DNA of 64,000 nucleotides from Deltaproteobacteria bacterium. GTDB taxonomy: Bacteria > Desulfobacterota > GWC2-55-46. Shown piece by piece: positions 1-10,229 of this stretch (position 1 is its first letter; every line of letters begins with the position of its first letter). A program made the position numbers and the translations under genes. The notes below the pieces were generated by a model. It worked only from the letters and a program-made list of their open reading frames with translations, did no database searches and was not told where the DNA came from. The DNA lies in assembly GCA_016177845.1 (NCBI GenBank), contig JACOUO010000011.1:128326-192325 (forward strand). The letters are read 5' to 3'.

Positions 1-260
1 TGGTTGGAAGGTGTTGCTTTTTTGATGTAGATCCAAGTTGAGCCCGGATCGTCAAATATGTAGCTTGAGTAGCTGCCATCAGCTATATAATAGGTATCGC
101 CCCTGACGAGCGTAGAGGGCAGGGTGCTGTACGCGTTTGTCCAGTCTGAGCCGGAATTATTCCCTGCTGCGCCTGACCTGACATAATGTGTCGCCGCCGA
201 TGATATGGCGGGCAGGGCCAAGAACAATACCACTGCTGCTAAATATCCCAATTTCTTCAT
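1..260 (-). CDS. Secreted protein, N-terminal part only (runs off the window); resembles N-termini of right-handed beta-helix/pectate-lyase-like proteins
   Basis: Not in ORF track. Manual translation MKKLGYLAAVVLFLALPAISSA|ATHYVRSGAAGNNSGSDWTNAYSTLPSTLVRGDTYYIADGSY...; Sec signal peptide; AGGAGG SD upstream. Confidence 0.75.
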   Translation of the reverse strand, partial: MKKLGYLAAVVLFLALPAISSAATHYVRSGAAGNNSGSDWTNAYSTLPSTLVRGDTYYIADGSYSSYIFDDPGSTWIYIKKATPSN

Positions 261-352
261 TACAACCTCCTTGAATCCAAACAAACTGCCTTGGTAAATT
301 TGCATATAATTCAATTGCTTTGATTAGGATACAGGAGATTGAAATGTAAAAA

Positions 353-368
353 TGTGATTTAAATCACA
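353..368. promoter_or_regulatory. CRP-family binding box
   Basis: Perfect palindrome TGTGA-TTTAAA-TCACA (TGTGA-N6-TCACA). A minus-strand TATCCT at 331-326 places it at -41.5 (class II geometry) for the secreted-protein gene. Confidence 0.65.
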
Positions 369-384
369 CCATTGTGTTTAGATT

Positions 385-2340
385 TTAATAGAGGTTCTTA
401 GATGTTTGCGGCATGGTTTTCCGGCCTCCGGCGCTTGCCTGTTCAGGGCCTTCTGCGATATAAAGCCTGTGCCAGATCTCAAAATTTATGAGCGGGAAAA
501 TGAGCCGTCCGTTATCTTCTTTGCCGCTCAGATGATTGTTTACAATTGCGGCTACTGCCTTTTTGTCAAAAAGCCCATGTGAAAGGGCATCGCTTCCGCA
601 TAAAAGCTCCAGTGTGAATTCCTTAAGCTCAGACTTTATCCAGTTTGATATCGGGGTAGGGAATCCTTCTTTTTTTCTATATATTATCTGCTTTGGCAGG
701 AGCCGCTCCATGCTCTTTTTGAGTATGTATTTGGTCTCAAGCCTTTTGACCTTTAATCTTGCCGGAAGCTGGAAGGCAAGCTCCACAAATGTATAATCAA
801 GGAAGGGCACTCTTGCTTCAATCGATGTTGCCATCCCCATCTTGTCTTTCTTCATCAGGAGGTCATCCGGGAGCCATACATTCAGGTCAAGGAGCAGTAT
901 CTTATCAAGGTTATCGAGCCCGTCAGTCTTGTTGTAATATCTTTCGAATACATCGGCGAAAGTATTTTTAATGCCTGTATTTGATTTTAACAGGCAATCC
1001 TTAATATCGTCGGTAAAGACCGTGTGCCAGGACATGTACCTGTCCCTGAAGTCCGGTATGGACATTGAACGGTGTCCTTTTTTGAGCAGCGGCGACCTTG
1101 GAAGCATGAATATCAGATGCTTTAAAAGACTCTCCCTCATGATCTTAGGCATGAGTTGATAGTAATCCGAAAGTATCTCTCCCCAGTGCCTGTTGTACCC
1201 CGCAAAGAGCTCGTCTGAGCCTTCGCCCGTAAGGAGCACCGTAACTCCATTGTCCTTGGCGAGCTTAGAGACAAAATAAAGCGGTATCGAGGCCGGCTCT
1301 CCTATGGGCTCGTCCTGATGCCATACGGCTTTAGGCAGAAAATTGAGGAAGGTCTCTGAATCAACCACGACTTCGCGGTAATCGCTTTTGAAATGCCTTG
1401 CCACAATGCGGGAGTACTTGAACTCCGAGATGCTGTCATTGCCTTCTTCAGTGTAGCCGACCGTGAATGATGGCACTGATGATCCGTTTATTTCTGTCAT
1501 CAGGCCGAGTATGGCGCTTGAGTCAAGCCCTCCGCTAAGGAGCGCACCGACAGGCACATCGCTCTGAAGCCTTTTTTTTACAGACTCCCTCAGGCTCGTA
1601 TAAACCCTGTCAGCTACCGCGTTTTCATCGGCCTTTTCAATATCCTTTAAAGCCGCTGAATTCTTCTTCAGCTCCCAGTACCTCTGTATTGTGCTTTCTC
1701 CCTTGCGTATCACCATTGTATTGCCGGGCTGGAGCTTTCTGATATCTTTAAACATTGTTCTCGGGCCAGGCACATAATGCAGCGTCAGGAAGTTGCTCAG
1801 GGCCTGCGTATCGACCTCCCTTGGCACATCCCTGTCAACAAGGATCGATTTTATCTCAGAGGCAAAGGTGATGAACTCATCATTAATATAGTAGTACAAG
1901 GGCTTTATTCCCATGCGGTCCCTTGTGATAATCAACTCCTGTTTCCTTGAGTCCCAGATAGCTATGGCGAACATGCCGTTGAAGCGGTTCACGAAATCAA
2001 GCCCGTATTCCTCATAGGCATGCACAATTACTTCGGTGTCGGTCTGCGAACTGAAGGTGTGCCCTTTGCCCCTTAGCTCGGTCTGAAGATCTTTGTAATT
2101 ATATATCTCTCCGTTAAAGATAAGCGCGATTGTTTTATCTTCGTTGAACATGGGCTGGTGTCCGAGAGGGGAGAGATCGATGATACTGAGCCTCCTGTGC
2201 CCGAGTCCGATATTGTTGGAGAGAAAGAAACCCCTGTCATTCGGGCCCCTGTGCTCAAGTATATCTGCCATCTTCTCAAGGAGCTTCGGGTCTACTTTCC
2301 TGTCTTTTTGAAAAAATAATTTTCCGCAGATTCCGCACAT
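385..2340 (-). CDS. asnB: Asparagine synthase (glutamine-hydrolysing)-like amidotransferase, polysaccharide-associated
   Basis: N-terminal MCGI, HRGP, HRRLSIIDL, FNGEIYN, LSGGLDS, GEGSDELF. Confidence 0.92.
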   Translation of the reverse strand: MCGICGKLFFQKDRKVDPKLLEKMADILEHRGPNDRGFFLSNNIGLGHRRLSIIDLSPLGHQPMFNEDKTIALIFNGEIYNYKDLQTELRGKGHTFSSQTDTEVIVHAYEEYGLDFVNRFNGMFAIAIWDSRKQELIITRDRMGIKPLYYYINDEFITFASEIKSILVDRDVPREVDTQALSNFLTLHYVPGPRTMFKDIRKLQPGNTMVIRKGESTIQRYWELKKNSAALKDIEKADENAVADRVYTSLRESVKKRLQSDVPVGALLSGGLDSSAILGLMTEINGSSVPSFTVGYTEEGNDSISEFKYSRIVARHFKSDYREVVVDSETFLNFLPKAVWHQDEPIGEPASIPLYFVSKLAKDNGVTVLLTGEGSDELFAGYNRHWGEILSDYYQLMPKIMRESLLKHLIFMLPRSPLLKKGHRSMSIPDFRDRYMSWHTVFTDDIKDCLLKSNTGIKNTFADVFERYYNKTDGLDNLDKILLLDLNVWLPDDLLMKKDKMGMATSIEARVPFLDYTFVELAFQLPARLKVKRLETKYILKKSMERLLPKQIIYRKKEGFPTPISNWIKSELKEFTLELLCGSDALSHGLFDKKAVAAIVNNHLSGKEDNGRLIFPLINFEIWHRLYIAEGPEQASAGGRKTMPQTSKNLY

Positions 2341-2345
2341 TTGTT

Positions 2346-3209
2346 TTATACCTTGTTTTTTAAGAGCATCAGTTTACGGAGCTGGTGTTTCTGGAGGAAA
2401 TCAATGAACTCCCTGTCGTTTATCCGCTCCTCTTTTTTTATGTATGAACTGAAAAAGCCAAGCATCATTCCAAGCCCGTCAGGCGGGGACTTCAAGATGC
2501 ATTTAGCTGAACGGAACATGAAAAACAGCGGATGATAGCCCATGAAATAAGAGCCTTTACCGCGTTGAATGCCTGAATTGAAAAAACCGTGGGCCTTGCC
2601 CTCAGGCCTGTGATGCATGACGATAAGGCCAGGCACAGGCTCAGCATCCCATCCGTTCATCCTTGCCTTTATTTCATCTATTCCGTCCCAACCCATGGCC
2701 TCCACAAGGCCGCCGATTTCTTCGAAGCAATCCCTTTTGTAAACCTTTGACGCGCCAAGGGTATGTCCTTTTGACGACTTCTCTTCAATCATCCTGCCAT
2801 TTTTGATTATGTGGCTGATGCCGCTTGAGATGCCAAGCCGTGGGTTGAGAATAAAGAATTTGAAAATCCTCTCGAAGAAATTCTTCTCAAAAGAAACATC
2901 CCCGTCGAGTTTTACAATGTATTCATAATCTTCATTCTGCAGGTGTTCAAACCCTTTATGAAAGACTTTTACTACATGGCCGCCTCTAACCCTTTTTGAG
3001 GCAGGCAGGTTCAGTAATTTTATCCACGAGAACTCATTTGCGTATTTCTCGGTTATCTCTCTCGTGCGGTCTGTTGAGCCGTCATTGACTATTACCCATG
3101 CGCTGGGCTTTACGGTCTGCGAGATAACCGACCTTATCGTGAGTTCTATGTAGCTTTCTTCATTTTTGACCGGGGATATAATAATGTATTTCGGCCAGAA
3201 CAGGCTCAT
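2346..3209 (-). CDS. Glycosyltransferase family 2
   Basis: IISPVKNEE, VNDGSTD, KLDGD (DxD). Confidence 0.9.
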   Translation of the reverse strand: MSLFWPKYIIISPVKNEESYIELTIRSVISQTVKPSAWVIVNDGSTDRTREITEKYANEFSWIKLLNLPASKRVRGGHVVKVFHKGFEHLQNEDYEYIVKLDGDVSFEKNFFERIFKFFILNPRLGISSGISHIIKNGRMIEEKSSKGHTLGASKVYKRDCFEEIGGLVEAMGWDGIDEIKARMNGWDAEPVPGLIVMHHRPEGKAHGFFNSGIQRGKGSYFMGYHPLFFMFRSAKCILKSPPDGLGMMLGFFSSYIKKEERINDREFIDFLQKHQLRKLMLLKNKV

Positions 3210-4411
3210 AGAGCATTGCCTGAAATTAGTCCGTTTACGGTCTTGATATACCGTTCGGACATGACGGGCCAGGAGATATTGCTGTAAGCCTGTGAAGCGT
3301 ATTCAGAGTATTTCCTGCTCTCCTCTGGATTACCGCACATCTCGATTATTTTTTTTGACAGGTCATTCGGGTTGCCCGGCTCAAAGTACATGATGCTTCT
3401 GTCATCGAATATGGATGTTATCGACTGAAGGCGTGAGGCGACAACGGGCATTCGCATCGATACATACTCGAATATCTTTGTTGAGAGTGCGAGATTCATG
3501 AAAGGGTCGCTCAGGTAAGGCACTACCCCGAAGTCAGACCTGTTGATAACCTCGATTATTTCAGAAAGACCCAGAAAACCGCCAATGGTCACATTGTTTT
3601 CAAGGCCTTTAGCTTTTATCTGCGCCTGAAGTTCAGCCTTATATGAAGGGTCGTATTTTCCGTATATGCATAATTTGGTCTCAGGCATTTTTTCCCTTAA
3701 TTCCGCTACCGCATCGATTGCTATATGGAGCCCGAATCTTTTGGCAACAGTGCCGTGATAGAGAAGAGCAGGCCCTGTCTCAATCTTTTTCCATGTTCTT
3801 TTGTGAGGCAACTCGAAGACATGGTTGTCAGCTGAGTTCAGAACAAGGGTAATCTTCTCAGGAGGCACGCCCCTTTCAATCAGGCTGTCCCTGAAGCCGC
3901 TGCTTGTAGTAATAAGCACGTCAGCGAATTTGCAAGAGATGCCTTCAAGAAACCTGACCAGTGGCAGGAGAACGATTATATTTTTATCTTTGCATTTTGA
4001 AATAAAGAGCTCGACAGTGAGGTCATGAAGGTCAAGTATTATCGGGATACCCGCAAACTTATGAAACAATCCGACAAATACCAGAAAATCGGGCATATTA
4101 TGGGCTTGGATCAGGCTGTATTTGTTCTTAAAGGAAAGCCTTATCAGCTTGAAAAAAGCAAGGAGGCCGAATAACGAGGACAGAATGAAATATTTAAATA
4201 CATTTTCCTTTGCGGCAGTGCCTTTCATAATCCTATATGCCGTTATATTGCCGAAGCGTTCCACCTCAGTTTCTTTTTTGTCTTTGAGGCATATCACATC
4301 TACCGCGATGCCTGCGCGCCCAAGCGCCTGCGCCTCTCTGAGCACCCTTGTATCTGCAGGGAAATAGGAAAAGACGACCATATTGACTTTTATCATTCTT
4401 TCAGGACTCAC
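3206..4411 (-). CDS. Glycosyltransferase family 4
   Basis: DTRVLREA, HNMPD, YHGTV..RFG, KIFEY; GT-B layout. Confidence 0.9.
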   Translation of the reverse strand: MSPERMIKVNMVVFSYFPADTRVLREAQALGRAGIAVDVICLKDKKETEVERFGNITAYRIMKGTAAKENVFKYFILSSLFGLLAFFKLIRLSFKNKYSLIQAHNMPDFLVFVGLFHKFAGIPIILDLHDLTVELFISKCKDKNIIVLLPLVRFLEGISCKFADVLITTSSGFRDSLIERGVPPEKITLVLNSADNHVFELPHKRTWKKIETGPALLYHGTVAKRFGLHIAIDAVAELREKMPETKLCIYGKYDPSYKAELQAQIKAKGLENNVTIGGFLGLSEIIEVINRSDFGVVPYLSDPFMNLALSTKIFEYVSMRMPVVASRLQSITSIFDDRSIMYFEPGNPNDLSKKIIEMCGNPEESRKYSEYASQAYSNISWPVMSERYIKTVNGLISGNAL

Positions 4412-4427
4412 TTTCCTCCTACTGGGA

Positions 4428-5357
4428 TCAGATAGCGCTCAATCTGAGTTCTGCGTTAAAGGAAAAAAGCCATTTAAGGCAGGAGATGCTTCTTTTTATT
4501 TTTTGGGCTGAGGTATTTCTTTCTGAAGGCTTCAGGATAAAGACGGCTGCGCCGCGTATAACCCTGATGATCTGGTGTAGGAAAACGATGAAAAGATAAG
4601 TGAACTGCGCGGCCCTGCCGTGGTGTTTTCTCCAGTACTGGATGTTTGCTTTCTGCATTTCGATATAAAACTTAATTGGCGCGTTTGCCGAGCTTGAGCC
4701 CCCGAAGTGGATTGCTTTGGCATTCGGATAAAAGACATTGCGCCAGCCTGCGTCTCGAAACCTTTTGCACCAGTCCTTATCCTCCGCGTAGAAAAAGAAT
4801 CTTTCATCCAGAAGGCCCACCTGGCTGAGAGCCTTGCGCCTTACTATCATAAAGCAGCCGCTCAGCACGTCCACATCACGGGTTTTGTCATGCGGGAAAA
4901 AAGTCAAACCCCTGAATACCCTCTCAAAACCGAGGGCTGACAGAAAACTCGAAACTATCGTTGGAAATCTCCTGCAGGTCCTCTGCAGTGTCATATCCTG
5001 ATTTAAGACCTTTGGGCCCAGCACGCCTATTGACGGTTGGGCCTCCATAAAAGCGATCATGTCCTCAAGGCATTTTTCAAGCACGATTACATCAGAGTTA
5101 ATAAGGCATATGTATTTTCCGAGACTGTTCCTGATGCCAATGTTGTTGGCTTTGGCAAAACCAAGGTTGCTGTTATTCTCAATCAGTTTTACAGCAGGAA
5201 AGAATCTTTTTACCGCCTGTTGTGAGCCGTCGGTAGATAAATTATCAACTACTATGATCTCCGCTTTAACTTTGTCTGTCTTCGCGTAGATGGAACTGAG
5301 GCAATCCATAAGGAATTTTTTTGCGTTCCAGCTGACTATCACAATAGAGAGATCCAT
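4428..5357 (-). CDS. Glycosyltransferase family 2 (WbbL-like)
   Basis: SIVIVSWN, VVDNLSTDGS, NLGFAKANN, INSD, FFYAEDKDWC. Confidence 0.9.
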   Translation of the reverse strand: MDLSIVIVSWNAKKFLMDCLSSIYAKTDKVKAEIIVVDNLSTDGSQQAVKRFFPAVKLIENNSNLGFAKANNIGIRNSLGKYICLINSDVIVLEKCLEDMIAFMEAQPSIGVLGPKVLNQDMTLQRTCRRFPTIVSSFLSALGFERVFRGLTFFPHDKTRDVDVLSGCFMIVRRKALSQVGLLDERFFFYAEDKDWCKRFRDAGWRNVFYPNAKAIHFGGSSSANAPIKFYIEMQKANIQYWRKHHGRAAQFTYLFIVFLHQIIRVIRGAAVFILKPSERNTSAQKIKRSISCLKWLFSFNAELRLSAI

Positions 5358-6667
5358 CAGCTCTGTGCCTGCGCAGCAACCATCTGCTCGGCTGATTTTT
5401 TTACTCTTGCAGCCTTATCGGTTATAGCCCTGGATACTGATATCAGGGCTATAAGCATGTAGAATATGACCTTTATCTGATCCCAATATGACACGCCCAT
5501 GAACGAGATTATGTGAACAAAGAGTGAAGCGCCCAGGCCCCACATGACTTTTTGCATGGCAGGTGTCTTTTTAAGAGATTTGACAGCCTTGCCGACTGAT
5601 TGAAAAGAATACGAGAGTATTGCTATGAACAGGGCAAGGGTTATCATGCCTCCGTCAACTCCGACCCTTACGAACTGGTTTGTAACATCAAAAAGGTAAT
5701 ACCCCCAGCTGCCGGTGGATTGGACGCCGACAAGCCACCATTCACCGACCCTTTTTATGAACTGGTCGACAAGGTGAAACCTGTGATAGGCGGTTGAGGC
5801 TCCAAAGACTTTTATCTTCATTATAAGCGACCAGACAGGCGCTTTCATAACTATGTGCAGAAATATGAGCGTAAAGACAAGGCCCCATCTGAAAAGCCTC
5901 ATTTGATTTCTGAAGTGCCACATGGTAAGAGCGAAAAAGCCCGCGGCATAGGCGAGGGCAGGGCCGCTTGATGACGAGGTGAGCATTATAAATGTAGCCG
6001 AGATAATGCCTGAGATCATTAAAAAACTGCCGTAGCCTTTCATGTGCCTTAAGTAATAAAACATTGGCACAAGCGCAGCCCCGAAGCTGCCTGCCGTAAT
6101 CGGGTGTCCGAACGCGCCCTGACAGCGCAGCTTCCCATCGCGAATAGGCGTGAATTCAGGCACTCCGCCGAATACGAAAAACGGGTTTCTCCCGGTCCTC
6201 CACTCAATGACCATAGCAATTGCAACAGGAATGCTTATTATCGCAAGGGTCTTTACCACCCAGGCTATGTCATCATAGTCCCTTACGAGAAATCTGACGA
6301 GAAAGTAAATCCCTATAATATCGAATGAGATGCCGAGCCTGTTTATGAACGCGTCCCCGGTGCGCCAAAGCAGGGTATAGGCGACTACGCCTGAGATTAC
6401 ATACCATATCATCACCTTATCTATTTTGTTGAGAGTGATATGGTACTCTGACCTAGTTATTACCCGCAGCCAGCCGAACAGGACAAGAATCCTCAAGATA
6501 TAGAAATCCAGCGAGGCTATCAGTATCCTCTGCTGCATGGGCATAAAAACCACAGCAAACATCAGAGGCACTATCGCAGCCCTTCTCGGCAGTAACAGCA
6601 TGAGAAGTCCTGAAAACAGCGTAAAAGCAAGCGCTGCAGGGTGTATCGGTATTATGTAATGGTCCAT
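5357..6667 (-). CDS. Polysaccharide polymerase (Wzy)/O-antigen ligase-like membrane protein
   Basis: About 10-12 hydrophobic segments, RCQGAFGHPI and TSSSSGP motifs, EPS locus context. Confidence 0.75.
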   Translation of the reverse strand: MDHYIIPIHPAALAFTLFSGLLMLLLPRRAAIVPLMFAVVFMPMQQRILIASLDFYILRILVLFGWLRVITRSEYHITLNKIDKVMIWYVISGVVAYTLLWRTGDAFINRLGISFDIIGIYFLVRFLVRDYDDIAWVVKTLAIISIPVAIAMVIEWRTGRNPFFVFGGVPEFTPIRDGKLRCQGAFGHPITAGSFGAALVPMFYYLRHMKGYGSFLMISGIISATFIMLTSSSSGPALAYAAGFFALTMWHFRNQMRLFRWGLVFTLIFLHIVMKAPVWSLIMKIKVFGASTAYHRFHLVDQFIKRVGEWWLVGVQSTGSWGYYLFDVTNQFVRVGVDGGMITLALFIAILSYSFQSVGKAVKSLKKTPAMQKVMWGLGASLFVHIISFMGVSYWDQIKVIFYMLIALISVSRAITDKAARVKKSAEQMVAAQAQS

Positions 6668-6678
6668 TTTTTTCCTGA

Positions 6679-7719
6679 TTACGCTAGGTATCTGTAGAAA
6701 AGCCCGCCAAGTATCCTGTTTGAAAATACAGGCATTTTTTTAAGCATGCCGCTTGCCAGCCGGTTCAGTGCGCTTCCTTCTCTCTTGAGTTTCTCTCTTC
6801 TCTCAGGTATGAATACATACCCCATCTTTATCTTTTCCGCGCCCCATCTTGATTTATATTCCATAAGCCCTGTATTACCGGAAAAAGTCCTGCCAAAATC
6901 AAATTGCCTGAAGCCGCAATTAACTGATGATTCTATCGCTTTCCACATAAGGAGCTGGTTTGGCCCAACATTTATGAACTCAGGGTCTGAAGCGCCGAAC
7001 TTATAGTATGCGGTGTCCTTGTATTTCAAAAGCACTATGCCAGCAAGGTTCCTGGAATCCTTTGTGGCAAGGAGCACAGAGGCCATGTCCCTGGGATTGA
7101 GGACCTCCCAGATGTTCCTGAAAAACCTGAAAGGCTGAACAGGCACCCCTTGTTTTCTGCGGGTCTTGAGGTGCAACTCGTAGAACGCGCGCATGTGCTC
7201 AAGTGATGTGCCTTCAACGATCTCAATTCCGTTCTTCTGTGCTTTTTTTATGGGGCGCTGAATGCAATCCTTATGCAGCGAGCGTAGTAAGGCTTCTGTA
7301 CGGCAGCCAAGCTTAAGAACAAAATTGAAGTAGTCGTCCTCCTGATTCCGTTCAATTCCGTCAAGCCTGTATGCTCTAAGCTCCAGTGATTTTACGCCTC
7401 GCTTTTTCCGCTCGGATTCAAGCTCTGCCATAAGAGCATTGAATTCATCAGGGCCCGAAACGAGTGGATCGCAGCAGTCTGAAAATGGATATGAGATAAA
7501 CCTCTTGCCTGAGATCAGGCTCGAAGCAAGCACAAGCGGAACAGCGCTTATGATTTTTCCATCGGCTTCGCTGACAAAATAATCAGTTTTAAACCCATAA
7601 GTCTTCTCGATTACCTCATGCCAAGCCCTGTGATGATATACAGTGCCAAGGGGATGGTTTTCGACAAATGAATTCCAGTTGTCCTCTTGGATGGAGTTTA
7701 TGTCTAAGAGTGAGAACAT
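6679..7719 (-). CDS. FemAB-like GNAT acyl/aminoacyl transferase
   Basis: WNSFV..HP..TVYH..AW, PFSDCC, PNQLLMW, FDFGRT...GL..YK..WGA. Confidence 0.8.
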   Translation of the reverse strand: MFSLLDINSIQEDNWNSFVENHPLGTVYHHRAWHEVIEKTYGFKTDYFVSEADGKIISAVPLVLASSLISGKRFISYPFSDCCDPLVSGPDEFNALMAELESERKKRGVKSLELRAYRLDGIERNQEDDYFNFVLKLGCRTEALLRSLHKDCIQRPIKKAQKNGIEIVEGTSLEHMRAFYELHLKTRRKQGVPVQPFRFFRNIWEVLNPRDMASVLLATKDSRNLAGIVLLKYKDTAYYKFGASDPEFINVGPNQLLMWKAIESSVNCGFRQFDFGRTFSGNTGLMEYKSRWGAEKIKMGYVFIPERREKLKREGSALNRLASGMLKKMPVFSNRILGGLFYRYLA

Positions 7720-9033
7720 TTAAAAATTCAACAGCCTTCTTACGAAATCACCGAAGTTGATGGAATCAACATCAGAGGAGATGGTAAAGGCGCTTGCCGC
7801 TCCGTCAGGCCATCTCCATAAACGGAGCAGGGGAAAGGTGGAATTATCGATTGATTCGAGGAGAGGGAGCTTGTCTTCTTCCCTGAAAATCTCAAATCCT
7901 CGAATGAAGAGGGTCTCTTTAACCTCGTTTTTGGCGCGCTGAACAAAAAAACCTTCGTTAACGAGGAAATGCTCCAGACTTTCCGATGCCTTTTCAGAAA
8001 TGTTTATCATATGTTTTGAAGGATTATCAGATTCGAAAATGATTTCATTCTCAGCGGTCCAGTCAATGGCAGCTATCCTGTAGGTCTTGAAAAAGTATGG
8101 CCCTGAGCCGTCATTATTTGATTTAACAAGGATAGTTGACGAGGCAGGAGCGGATATTTTTATGCTTGATATTCCAGCTTTTTTTTGAAGCGCCCATTTT
8201 GACCGGCTTCTCATCAGCCACCATTCTGATATCTCATTAAGTCCGGCAACCCATACTTTGGCCCTGTTTTTTCCGGTCTCTTCGAGAGTTTCTTTTATGG
8301 AGCTTCTGATGTACCGGAATCTTTCAGGATGGAAAAGAAGGTGGAACAATTCGCCGCGTTCGTGTATGTCCTTGAAGATTCGTCTCCAGATATTTGTGAT
8401 ATCGGAATTGTTCTTAATCCTCAATCTCTCGTAAATCATCTCATCATCAGGCGCGGTGATAGGTATGTCGATGAGCCTGTCTATAAATCTCGGCACTGAA
8501 ACCGAGGAGCTTGCATCAAGGATTTTGTAGATATGTCCGAGCTTTTTCAGATGGTTCCGGCTATGTTTGTCAGTACCGATGTTTTTTTCCCACCTAATTA
8601 CATTATTGCTGGTCCAGACATACGGGCTTGAGACAAGAGCGTCTATCGTGTGAGTATTATAACTCAGGTACGGACACCTGAACCCCCGAACAGGCATCCC
8701 GTATTTCTCAAAATTCTCAAAACTTCGCCTGATTATCTCTATCTGCTCATCCCTGTTTTTCATCTTCAGGTTGGTATGAAAAAAACCATGCGCCGCGAAC
8801 TCATGGCCGTTCTTGAATTGTTTAATGAAATTCAGATGTTTATCAAGAAGGCTTGCCGTTATGCAGAAAGTCACCTTAGGTTTTGTCCCGTTGAACTCTT
8901 TTTCAAGATAGGACATCATCTCCGCGAATCTTCTCTTCCCGAATGTATACCTCCAAATTATCTGAGCGGAACGTTCCAAAGCATGGAGCGTGCCTTTGGT
9001 CTCAATAATATGTTTTAAGAATTGTTTGAGCAA
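7720..9033 (-). CDS. Polysaccharide deacetylase (CE4/NodB-like), probably circularly permuted
   Basis: HGFFH, FRCPY and LLFHP motifs; the motif-1-like strand AFTISSDVD is at the extreme C-terminus. Confidence 0.75.
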   Translation of the reverse strand: MLKQFLKHIIETKGTLHALERSAQIIWRYTFGKRRFAEMMSYLEKEFNGTKPKVTFCITASLLDKHLNFIKQFKNGHEFAAHGFFHTNLKMKNRDEQIEIIRRSFENFEKYGMPVRGFRCPYLSYNTHTIDALVSSPYVWTSNNVIRWEKNIGTDKHSRNHLKKLGHIYKILDASSSVSVPRFIDRLIDIPITAPDDEMIYERLRIKNNSDITNIWRRIFKDIHERGELFHLLFHPERFRYIRSSIKETLEETGKNRAKVWVAGLNEISEWWLMRSRSKWALQKKAGISSIKISAPASSTILVKSNNDGSGPYFFKTYRIAAIDWTAENEIIFESDNPSKHMINISEKASESLEHFLVNEGFFVQRAKNEVKETLFIRGFEIFREEDKLPLLESIDNSTFPLLRLWRWPDGAASAFTISSDVDSINFGDFVRRLLNF

Positions 9034-10229
9034 GTTTGCCGCTCTGCAATGAAGTTGGCAATTGCGTCAGAGATGCGCTCCTGCTGCTCAGAGGTAAGGT
9101 CAGGGAACATAGGCAGAGATATGATTTCCTTTGTGACTTTTTCCGTTACGGGCAAGTCGCCATGAGTATAGCCAAAGTGCGCGTAAGCCTTCTGAAGATG
9201 CAGGGGGATTGGATAATGCAGGCCTGTTGAGAGGTCAATACCTGAAAGCTGTTTCTGTAAATTATCCCTGTCCTGTACGCGTACCACATAAAGGTGGTAC
9301 ACAGCCTTCGACCATGAAGGCTCATAGGGCGTCACTACATTTCCGCCCGCGCTCAGCCGCTCGTTGTAAAAAAGGGCGTTTGCCCTTCTTCTGGAGTTCC
9401 AGTTGTCAAGGTGTTTCAGTTTTACTGAAAGGATGCCTGCCTGAATGGCGTCAAGCCTGCCGTTGTAGCCTTCGATCTCGTGGTAGTATTTCGTGACCTG
9501 TCCATGGTCCCTGATCATTCTTATTTTTTTTGCTATTTCTTCGTTATTGGTCGTTACCGCGCCGCCTTCGCCGAAAGCGCCAAGATTTTTACCGGGATAA
9601 AAGCTGAAGGCCGAGGCAATCCCGACAGAGCCGGCCTTTTTCCACTCATTTTCTCTTCTTGAAAAATAGCTCGCGCCGTGTGCCTGGCAAGCGTCCTCTA
9701 TAACGAGCAGGTTGTATTTTTCCGCTAAATCCATGATAGAGTCCATATCAGCCATTTGTCCGTAGAGATGCACCGGGATTATCGCGGCAACAAGTTTTCC
9801 TGTCCTCAGGTCTACAAGCCTGCCTGTCTGATGATCGGTCTCGCACTTCGTCTCAAAATACTCCTTCAGTATTTCAGGCGACAGGTTATATGTTCGCTCG
9901 TCAATATCTACGAAAACAGGCGTGGCGCCGCACTGCGTGATAGCCTCGGTCGTTGCTATAAAGGTATTTGCAACTGTCACTACCGCATCCCCTTTATTGA
10001 TGCCTGCGGCTAAGAGTGCAAAACGAAGGGCGTCAGTGCCGCTGCCTACCCCGATGCAGTAAGCCGTGCCGCAGTAGTCGGCAAATTCTTTTTCGAACTC
10101 CTCAACAACAGGTCCGCCTATGAATTTACCTGTCCTTAACGCCTCTCTGAAGACAGAGACGAACTTTTCCTCTAACTTCTTATGAGGTTCTATGAGGTCC
10201 AAAAACGGTATGGATTTTGAATTACTCAT
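9015..10229 (-). CDS. DegT/DnrJ/EryC1/StrS PLP-dependent sugar aminotransferase
   Basis: GSGTDAL, PVHLYGQ, EDACQAHG, FSFYPGKNLG. Confidence 0.93.
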   Translation of the reverse strand: MSNSKSIPFLDLIEPHKKLEEKFVSVFREALRTGKFIGGPVVEEFEKEFADYCGTAYCIGVGSGTDALRFALLAAGINKGDAVVTVANTFIATTEAITQCGATPVFVDIDERTYNLSPEILKEYFETKCETDHQTGRLVDLRTGKLVAAIIPVHLYGQMADMDSIMDLAEKYNLLVIEDACQAHGASYFSRRENEWKKAGSVGIASAFSFYPGKNLGAFGEGGAVTTNNEEIAKKIRMIRDHGQVTKYYHEIEGYNGRLDAIQAGILSVKLKHLDNWNSRRRANALFYNERLSAGGNVVTPYEPSWSKAVYHLYVVRVQDRDNLQKQLSGIDLSTGLHYPIPLHLQKAYAHFGYTHGDLPVTEKVTKEIISLPMFPDLTSEQQERISDAIANFIAERQTCSNNS

